NCBI GenBank assembly: GCA_038884755.1
Contig: JAWABJ010000001.1
Coordinates: forward strand, 19,856-83,855
DNA length: 64,000 nt
Source: Candidatus Norongarragalinales archaeon
GTDB taxonomy: Archaea; Micrarchaeota; Micrarchaeia; Norongarragalinales; Norongarragalinaceae
Direction: 5' to 3'
The notes under the pieces were generated by a model. That model worked only from the letters and a program-made list of their open reading frames with translations, was not told the DNA's origin and did no database searches. Position 1 is the first letter of the stretch. Each line of letters opens with the position of its first letter. The position numbers and the translations under genes were made by a program. Below, piece after piece: positions 57,572 through 64,000 of this stretch.

Positions 57572-57922
57572 TCAGCGTGGTTTTCGGCTGTCAGAGTACT
57601 GGCGTATGGCTTTCGCCCACGCGGTTTTCAGGGAGATTTCGCCCTTGCTTTCGAGAATGTCTTTGAGCTCCAGTTCTCCTGGTTTTTTTTGGGTGCGTAT
57701 CACGCCGTGGACGTCCATCATTTCGTGAAGTTTTGCTTTGGTCATTAGCATCAAGAAATTCCCGGCTTCTTTGTCTGAAAGCCGCGCTTTGTACTCGTTC
57801 AGCCCTCCCCACGTGTATTCGATAGGGTCTCCGGCAGCAGTAGTGAAGTGCTTGGCCATGTCCATTACTTCGTTGCGCGTTAATTTTCCTTCGTTGACCA
57901 GTTGCTTGAGCTTTTCTAACAT
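57572..57922 (-). CDS. Hypothetical protein
   Basis: ORF fills the gap after the peptidase gene. Confidence 0.5.
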   Translation of the reverse strand: MLEKLKQLVNEGKLTRNEVMDMAKHFTTAAGDPIEYTWGGLNEYKARLSDKEAGNFLMLMTKAKLHEMMDVHGVIRTQKKPGELELKDILESKGEISLKTAWAKAIRQYSDSRKPR

Positions 57923-57935
57923 TTTTTTCCGGACC

Positions 57936-58958
57936 TCACAAAAACACCGCGTCTTCGAAGCGAACTCCAAAGCGCTTCGGAACGTATATTCCCGGTTCTA
58001 TTGTGAAAACCATTCCTTTCGCTAAACGCACTTCCTCGAGCTTGAAGCCGTCGTGGACCTTTAAACCCAGGCTGTGCCCCAACGCCAAGCCCGCTTTCTT
58101 GAAAGAGTGTTTTCCGAAGCCGTATTCCCTTATCACTTGCTCCGCCGTTCGCGCGAGGAGCTTTCCTTTCGTTCCAGGTTTGGCGATGCGCTCTGCCGCT
58201 TTCTTCGCTTCCGCAACGGCTTCGACCGCGTCTTTGGTTTCCTTGCTTTTTCCCCAGTAGCGCGTGGTGGTGAAATCGCCGTGGTATTGCCCGCAAGTGG
58301 CGCCGCAGTCGATCAAGGCCATTTGGCTGATTTTTTCTTGCGAAGGGGTAGAGTGGGGGATTGCCGTTTTCGTGCCCGTCGCGATTATGGGCGGGAAGGA
58401 GTCCAGCGCCAGCCCCTTCCTCCTGCACGCCCATTCCATGAAGCCGGCTATTTCGCTTTCGGTGCGCCCTTCCAGCCCGCGGTCTTCCGCCTCTTGCACG
58501 CATTTTTTCGTGGCCTGCTGCGCGGTGCGGATGAGTTTTTTTTCTTTCTCGTCTTTCAGCGCCCGAAAGCCTTCCAGCTGCCGCGAATAGTTTTCGATCT
58601 TCACTTTCGCCTTTTTTTCCATTAGCCTGAATCCCACGCGGCTGGCTTCGGTGGAAAAATCCAAGCCCACGCTTTTGACCTTGTTTTTGGCGAAAAACTT
58701 TTTGTAGAAATCCTTCGCTTTCTTCCAAGCGTGCGTTTCGCCGAACTGGGGGAAGTCTTTTTCCTTCAGGTCTTCGGTGGTGAACGCGACGCTGGAGTTT
58801 TTGGTCACGTACGCCAGGAGGGGCTCGAGAGACCCGGAGTAGTAGTATGCGTTGGCTTCCGGGTGGTTGACTTGCGTTATGACTGCGCAGTCCACGCGCA
58901 TTTCCCTTTGCAGCCTTTCCACCCTTGCCTTGAAGTCGAACACCACGCGCACCCGCAA
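57936..58958 (-). CDS. Xaa-Pro peptidase (M24 family)
   Basis: SFPPIIA, IPH, IDCG..Y.GD.T, LGHSLGL.VHD, TIEPGIY, GVRFED. Confidence 0.92.
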   Translation of the reverse strand: MRVRVVFDFKARVERLQREMRVDCAVITQVNHPEANAYYYSGSLEPLLAYVTKNSSVAFTTEDLKEKDFPQFGETHAWKKAKDFYKKFFAKNKVKSVGLDFSTEASRVGFRLMEKKAKVKIENYSRQLEGFRALKDEKEKKLIRTAQQATKKCVQEAEDRGLEGRTESEIAGFMEWACRRKGLALDSFPPIIATGTKTAIPHSTPSQEKISQMALIDCGATCGQYHGDFTTTRYWGKSKETKDAVEAVAEAKKAAERIAKPGTKGKLLARTAEQVIREYGFGKHSFKKAGLALGHSLGLKVHDGFKLEEVRLAKGMVFTIEPGIYVPKRFGVRFEDAVFL

Positions 58959-59037
58959 GTCTTTTATTCGATTAAAATCAACTCAATTAACTTTTAGATA
59001 AGTATGCTTTGCTATTAAGCAGAATGGTGGTTTTGGA

Positions 59038-59322
59038 ATGAAGATTTCTGAATTGACGCCGGGAACGGGAAACGTGGAGCTTGAGGCCGAAGTCGTCGGG
59101 ATAGAAAAACCGAGGGAGATAAACAAGAACGGGCGGCTGCTGCGCGTGGCAAACGCCACGCTCAAAGACGATTCCGGAACCATTTCGCTGGTGTTGTGGA
59201 ACGACGCTATCGACTCGGTCCAAGAGGGGAGCAAGGTCCGCATAACCAACGGCTACGTGAACACTTGGCAGGACAAGATGCAACTCACGCTGGGCAAGTT
59301 CGGGAAGATGGACGTTCTTTGA
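59038..59322 (+). CDS. Single OB-fold ssDNA-binding protein (SSB/RPA)
   Basis: KISEL.PG..NV, VANATLKDDSGTI.L.LW, ITNGYV..WQ. Confidence 0.88.
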   Translation: MKISELTPGTGNVELEAEVVGIEKPREINKNGRLLRVANATLKDDSGTISLVLWNDAIDSVQEGSKVRITNGYVNTWQDKMQLTLGKFGKMDVL

Positions 59323-59323
59323 T

Positions 59324-60157
59324 TCAAAATCCGAGGGTTGCGAATGCTATTACTCCGGTAAGGAGTGCGTAGAGCGTGTAGTTCCTTATTTTCTTGAGTG
59401 AAGCTGGCGTTTGGTTCAAAGCGAGGCTCCACGCGCTCACTAGAATCAAGACGTCTGTTGCTGCAATCAAAACCATGTATGCCGGGTTTTGCGTTTGCGT
59501 CAACGGCATGAGGCTCATTACGACCGCAACGTGGAACAAGGCTATCGCGGCGGCGACGGTTGCTTTTGCCCCTATGACCATGGGCAGGGTCTTCGCGCCT
59601 ATCTTCCTGTCGCCTTTTACGTCGCGAAGCGTGAGAACAAGCTCGCGGCCCAAGCCGGCGGCGAGCGAAACCGCGATGAAAAGCATTACGAAGTAGTTTA
59701 ATTGGCTTGAGACGGCGTAATTGCCGTAGAGGAACGAGATGCTCATCGAGCTTGCTATGAACGCGTTGCCCGCCAACGGAAGTTTTTTGAATACCGGGTC
59801 GTAGAGCATGGACGCGGCCGTGAAGACCGCCGCAATCAAGAACGCGGTTTGGTTCACGAAATACGCCGCCGCGACGCCGAGAACGAACAGCGCGAGCGCA
59901 GCGTAAAAAGCGGTTTTGGGTTTTATGGCGCCTTTGACCAGCGGCCGGTCGAAGCGCTTCATCGCCTTGTCTGTTTTAATCCCGAAGTAGTCGTTCCAGG
60001 CGAACGCGCCGAGGGTGATCAGTGCTGGACCGACTGCGGGAAAAACCATTTCCAGCGCAAAGCGCTTCGCTACGACGAACTCGCTGGCGATTACGGCAAT
60101 CGCTACTATGAGCGCGTGTTCGGCGCGCGTGAGCGCAATCCAGTCTTTCAACCGCAT
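59324..60157 (-). CDS. UbiA prenyltransferase (DGGGP synthase-like)
   Basis: NDYF...D...RPL..G, GRE.V..RD..GD...GAKTLP. Confidence 0.88.
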   Translation of the reverse strand: MRLKDWIALTRAEHALIVAIAVIASEFVVAKRFALEMVFPAVGPALITLGAFAWNDYFGIKTDKAMKRFDRPLVKGAIKPKTAFYAALALFVLGVAAAYFVNQTAFLIAAVFTAASMLYDPVFKKLPLAGNAFIASSMSISFLYGNYAVSSQLNYFVMLFIAVSLAAGLGRELVLTLRDVKGDRKIGAKTLPMVIGAKATVAAAIALFHVAVVMSLMPLTQTQNPAYMVLIAATDVLILVSAWSLALNQTPASLKKIRNYTLYALLTGVIAFATLGF

Positions 60158-60213
60158 AACTATCGTTTGCGCGCCTTGTTTTTAATACTAGGGCGGTTTG
60201 TTGCAAAGAATCT

Positions 60214-63200
60214 TCATTTCGGCGCTTGGCCTTCGAACGCGGTGCCGCCTTCGGAACCGAGCCAAACAACGTCCTGGTTAAGAGTGGAAACAAGCTGTAG
60301 GGTGCGATAGTTGATTTCACTCTTCATCAAAAGCGAGTTTGCGCCTCCTGTCTTGTCCGTCCAAGTTTGCCCCGCGTCGTGGCTGTAGAATATTCCGACC
60401 TCGTCGTTTTGCGTGTAATCGTCTTTAACCAATTCTCCCGAAGCCGCGTAAACCCGCTGCGGGTATTCGGGGTCGGTGTCGACTGCGGACAAGAAAGTGT
60501 ACGGAAGCCTTCTGCTCCAAGTCCATTCGCTTCCGCTTTTAACCCCTTTCCACAATCCTCCTGACGCTCCATTTGGGCTGGTGTCGCTTTGCCCTATTTT
60601 CCTGAACGCTGCTATGTAGAGAGTTCCGTCGCTCGCCAATTCCAAATCCCTAATGTCTTTCGGGGGCTTGATGAGTTGGTTGACCGAATCTATAATGTTG
60701 AGCTGCGTCCACGTTTGCCCGCCGTCGGTGCTCTCCCACACTCCGCCTCCCCCGCTTAAACCTTCTTGGATTCCGAGGAAAATGCGGTTCAAGTCGTTTT
60801 CGCCAACTTCAAACGCGTAGATGTTGGGGTTTGAAATTCCGAGCGTGGTTGTAATGCTTTGCCAAGTAGCCCCGCCGTCGCCGCTTTTGTACAAGCCGTT
60901 GCCGTAAACCGCGGCGAACAAGACGAGGTTGTTGCCCGCGTCCCGGAACGTTTTCAAATCAGTGATTTGCCTTGCCGGCAAACCGTTTTGCGGAATCGGC
61001 TCTCCGTTCGCGTCGCGCGCGTAGTCGCCCGGGTTGTATCCGCAAATGCTTTTAGGCTGACCTACCGTACAAGCGAAAACTTGCACCGGCGTCCATTGCT
61101 CTTGCGGCGTGTCCATGCCCGTTATCTTGAACAGCACGCCTTTGTTGTCTTTGCCGTAATTGTTTTTGAGGCCGAACCCGACGAAGACCGATTGCGTTTG
61201 CTCGTCCGCCGCGATGGCGTAAGCGTCTTGCCCGTATTCGTTGAAAATGTCGAGCGTCATTTCGAGCGTGTAATTGTGTTTCGGTATGAACGTATTGCCG
61301 CCGTCTGAGGTTGTAGTAACGCCTACGTCGAAGTGGGCGAAAACAACGTGCTGCGCGTCCCAAGGCAGCGGCAGGATGTCGTCGGTGTACAAAACTTCCG
61401 GCCCTTTCGTGCTCCAAGTCCCCAGCCTGCGGCCGCTCCCGCCGTAATTCACGTACGGCTCGTCGGAAATCTTGTTCGAGTAAAGCCCTTGCCACGTTGC
61501 CCCGCCGTCCTTCGACTCGTAAACTTGCGACCACGTTGCAGACAATAGGTGGTCTGAAGGGCCTAGAGTTTTAACGAAAGTGTTCCTGAACGTTCCCGCT
61601 TCGTGCCAAGAGTCTTGGAAATTGCTCGCCGTCCACCTGCCAGAGCTTGAATCGTATTCGGGAAGCGGCCTTGTTATTTTAGCCCAAGTTGCGCCTGCAT
61701 TGGCGCTTTTCCACAATCCCCTGGCCCACCAGCATCCCAAGTGGTTTCCGCTCGCGTAAACGACGTTAGCGTCGGCGGGCGAGGCTGAAACGCCCAGCCA
61801 CCGTTTTCCTGAAAAAGTCGGCAGCCCGCCGTTGTCCATGGTTCCTGTGTCGGCGTCGTAGAAAGAATCGCTGCAGCCGTTGTTTGAAGGGATTGGCCGG
61901 GCGTTGGCTTTAATCCAGCTTGCCTGCTTGGTCAGGGGGTTGAGAGTTCCGACGTAAACGCCCCCGTCGGGCTGACCTTGGCCGTTGGTGAACTCGTCTA
62001 CGACAACGTAGAGCTTTATTCCCTGGCCTGCGGTATAGCCCAACGCCATTTTCTTTATTCCGTACTCTGCGCTTTCGTAAGCGTTGCCGTTGGACATTGC
62101 AGGCGAAGGCAGCCCTTGGTTTTCTTGCTTCCAGCTCCAAGAGCCGTCGGGATTGTGCATTCCCCGCCAGAATCCGCCTTCATTTGGAATGGTTTGGGGG
62201 TTGTCGTATTGGTATGCGAACAACTGGGACTGGTTGGTGGGGTCTATGTACAATCCGGCTATGGATATTCCGCCGTTGAAATTGAGGTTGTAGACCGGGT
62301 CGTTGTTGCCGCCTATTGCAACGCCGTCTTGGGCGCGTATTTTTACCGGAGTCCAGCTCGCGCCCGTCCGGTTGTAGTACAATACCGCCCCAGCGCCTCT
62401 TACTGCGGCGTAAACGCCGTGCGTTGTCGCTTGCGTTTCGTTCAAAGCCAACGCCGTAAATGGGGCGCCGTCGTTGTTCCACCCGAAGTTGTGCTGGAGG
62501 CGGGCCCAGTTTTGCCCGCCATCAGTGCTTTCGAAAAGCCCGTGCGTCGAGGCGTAAAGCAACCCCGGGTTTTTGGTTGAGGCGGCAATGTCGTAAAACA
62601 CGCCGTACCCGCCCCACCCTCCTCCAATAAAACCTTTGGACGAAGGAACCCAGTTTGCGCCCGCGTCAGTGCTTTTGTAGACTGTTCCCATGTCGTTTGT
62701 TGCATAGTATGTGGCTGGAACGAGCGGGTCTGCAATGATGTTGGTGAAAGCCCCGCCTCCGCCTATGCCTTTCTGCAGCCACAAGAAATCTCCCGGAGGC
62801 GATGGACTGGGAGAGGGTGATGGCGAAGGGCTTGGAGAAGGGGAAGGCGATGCGCTGGGCGAAGCCGACGGAGAAACGCTAGGCGACGGGGAAACGCTAG
62901 GCGAAGGAGAACCTTGCGTTTGAACTTGAATTCCAACCTCCCCGCACCACAGCTTGTCTTGCGGAAGGATGCTTATGCAGCCTTGCGGCCTTTGCAAAGA
63001 AGCGCAAAAACTCCCGTCAGGCAAAACGTATTTAGAACGGTCGACTTGCCCGCACGCGTTCCACTGGCTTCCAGCATAACAACTGGAATCCTTAGCCAAA
63101 CGCGCCCAACAATTCGTTGCCTCGACGCTTTGCGAAGCGGGGGCGAAGACGAAGCTGCGGAATACAACCAGCCCCACGACCGCGATGAGCAAAACCCCTG

Positions 63201-63243
63201 CGAGCAGAATCATGTACTCGAATGCAGCCTGCCCGCGCTTCAC
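60214..63243 (-). CDS. Pilin-domain / Ser-Pro linker / Asp-box beta-propeller (GH74/sortilin-like) fusion protein
   Basis: MKRG|QAAFEYMILLAGVLL class III signal peptide; (SP)n linker; eight SxD/NxGxxW/F Asp boxes. Confidence 0.85.
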   Translation of the reverse strand: MKRGQAAFEYMILLAGVLLIAVVGLVVFRSFVFAPASQSVEATNCWARLAKDSSCYAGSQWNACGQVDRSKYVLPDGSFCASLQRPQGCISILPQDKLWCGEVGIQVQTQGSPSPSVSPSPSVSPSASPSASPSPSPSPSPSPSPSPSPPGDFLWLQKGIGGGGAFTNIIADPLVPATYYATNDMGTVYKSTDAGANWVPSSKGFIGGGWGGYGVFYDIAASTKNPGLLYASTHGLFESTDGGQNWARLQHNFGWNNDGAPFTALALNETQATTHGVYAAVRGAGAVLYYNRTGASWTPVKIRAQDGVAIGGNNDPVYNLNFNGGISIAGLYIDPTNQSQLFAYQYDNPQTIPNEGGFWRGMHNPDGSWSWKQENQGLPSPAMSNGNAYESAEYGIKKMALGYTAGQGIKLYVVVDEFTNGQGQPDGGVYVGTLNPLTKQASWIKANARPIPSNNGCSDSFYDADTGTMDNGGLPTFSGKRWLGVSASPADANVVYASGNHLGCWWARGLWKSANAGATWAKITRPLPEYDSSSGRWTASNFQDSWHEAGTFRNTFVKTLGPSDHLLSATWSQVYESKDGGATWQGLYSNKISDEPYVNYGGSGRRLGTWSTKGPEVLYTDDILPLPWDAQHVVFAHFDVGVTTTSDGGNTFIPKHNYTLEMTLDIFNEYGQDAYAIAADEQTQSVFVGFGLKNNYGKDNKGVLFKITGMDTPQEQWTPVQVFACTVGQPKSICGYNPGDYARDANGEPIPQNGLPARQITDLKTFRDAGNNLVLFAAVYGNGLYKSGDGGATWQSITTTLGISNPNIYAFEVGENDLNRIFLGIQEGLSGGGGVWESTDGGQTWTQLNIIDSVNQLIKPPKDIRDLELASDGTLYIAAFRKIGQSDTSPNGASGGLWKGVKSGSEWTWSRRLPYTFLSAVDTDPEYPQRVYAASGELVKDDYTQNDEVGIFYSHDAGQTWTDKTGGANSLLMKSEINYRTLQLVSTLNQDVVWLGSEGGTAFEGQAPK
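62795..62910 (-). repeat. Coding Ser-Pro tandem repeat (linker)
   Basis: PSPSVSPSPSVSPSASPSASPSPSPSPSPSPSPSPSPP. Confidence 0.85.
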
Positions 63244-63326
63244 AGAAAAATCTCCTCTTACGGTTTTCCCACCCTATGGAAATCTTAAAACGAAAGAGTG
63301 TTATTAATCCGTTTGCTTTTTCCTAC

Positions 63327-64000
63327 GTGATTTTCAAGAACGAGCTTGCGTTGAAGGCGGATTTCGTTCCCGATTCGCTGCCCGGGCGAGAGGGTGAGAT
63401 AAACGAAATCGTTTTTTCCCTAGAGCCGGCTTTCGAAGGGCGCAAGGCGCGCAACTTGTTTTTGTTCGGGGCGACGGGGACAGGCAAAACGTCGTGCGTG
63501 AAAAAAGTTTTCGGGCGCTTCAACGAGGAGTCGAAAACCGCGAAAGCGGTTTTCGTCAACTGCTGGCAGAACCCGACCCGCAATTCCGTGCTTTCGCGCA
63601 TTGCGGAAGCGTCCGGCGAAGCTTTGCCGCGCAGGGGTTTGGGGACCGACGAGGTGCTCGAGCGGGTGGCGCAAGCTTTCCGGATGCAGAAAGCGTCTTG
63701 CGTTATTGCATTGGACGAGTGCGACCGTTTGCTGCACAACCGAGAGGATGCGGTTGTTTACGACTTGCTTCGCAGCGATTTCGTTTCGGCAATCGTTTGC
63801 ATCACCAACGACGCGGGGTTTCTGGAAAAGATTGACGAGCGAATCCGCAGTTCTCTCCAGCCTTCCGCGCTTGAGTTTTCCCGCTATTCTCCGGTCGCGT
63901 TGAAGCGAATCCTTTCGGAAAGGGCTTCGCTTGCCTTCAAGCCCGGCGCTTGCGGCGAGGAAGCGATTGCGCTGGTCGCGGCTTACGCGTCGAAGCAGGG
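63327..64000 (+). CDS. cdc6: Cdc6/Orc1 AAA+ replication initiator, 3'-truncated (absent from the ORF track)
   Basis: Manual translation from GTG: IFKNELAL..DFVP..LPGRE.EI, GATGTGKT Walker A, VNCW, IALDECDRL Walker B, RIRSS, F.RY. Confidence 0.9.
   Translation, partial: MIFKNELALKADFVPDSLPGREGEINEIVFSLEPAFEGRKARNLFLFGATGTGKTSCVKKVFGRFNEESKTAKAVFVNCWQNPTRNSVLSRIAEASGEALPRRGLGTDEVLERVAQAFRMQKASCVIALDECDRLLHNREDAVVYDLLRSDFVSAIVCITNDAGFLEKIDERIRSSLQPSALEFSRYSPVALKRILSERASLAFKPGACGEEAIALVAAYASKQ

Noticed and set aside
62795-62910. Tandem DNA repeat as CRISPR or VNTR element
   Set aside because: In-frame Ser-Pro linker with degenerate codons and no spacers
63244-63326. Possible replication origin/ORB next to cdc6 (TTTCCC..ATGGAAA)
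   Set aside because: The gap is only about 80 bp with a single weak match; no repeated ORBs or DUE seen
1-64000. tRNA, rRNA and CRISPR arrays
   Set aside because: No cloverleaf with a T-loop consensus, rRNA signature or repeat-spacer array was seen by eye; tRNAscan-SE and Infernal would be decisive

Overview
Archaeal chromosomal window, gene-dense, from a DPANN-type lineage. Micrarchaeota-like is an inference from the gene content: archaeal RFC-S, LonB, pelota, Spt5, P0/P1, Cdc6, AMP phosphorylase, ADP-dependent kinase and DGGGP synthase. Layout: (1) 1-9.4 kb is a type IV pilus locus with a VirB11/TadA ATPase, two TadC-like proteins, an A24 prepilin peptidase and about 10 class III signal-peptide proteins, including two micro-pilins missing from the ORF track. 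An OB-fold gene and a TctA/DUF112 gene are embedded in it. (2) About 9.7-25.3 kb is a redox/iron/copper island: glutaredoxin, FTR1, DsbA, thioredoxins, CopA, CopZ, cupredoxin, a BlaI/CopY repressor with an M56 peptidase and repeated TTTAC-N7-GTAAA palindromes, two proteins ending in NAPxMVGGC, DUF411-like and CcdA-like genes. (3) 25-60 kb is mostly housekeeping genes. The ftsZ-secE-spt5-rpl11-rpl1-P0-P1 cluster is interrupted by a membrane-anchored NlpC/P60 hydrolase and an ORFan. This part also holds three hairpin-rich intergenic segments and an atypical histone-fold gene. (4) 60.2-63.2 kb encodes a 1009-aa protein whose N-terminus is a close paralog of the pilin at 3622, joined by a Ser-Pro linker to an Asp-box (GH74-like) beta-propeller. 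It is followed by a partial cdc6. The best candidate for a novel system is a pilus that displays a glycan-active propeller, together with a surface NlpC/P60 enzyme. No CRISPR array, rRNA, tRNA, transposase or integrase was recognised. All family calls come from motif recognition by eye; no database searches were run.
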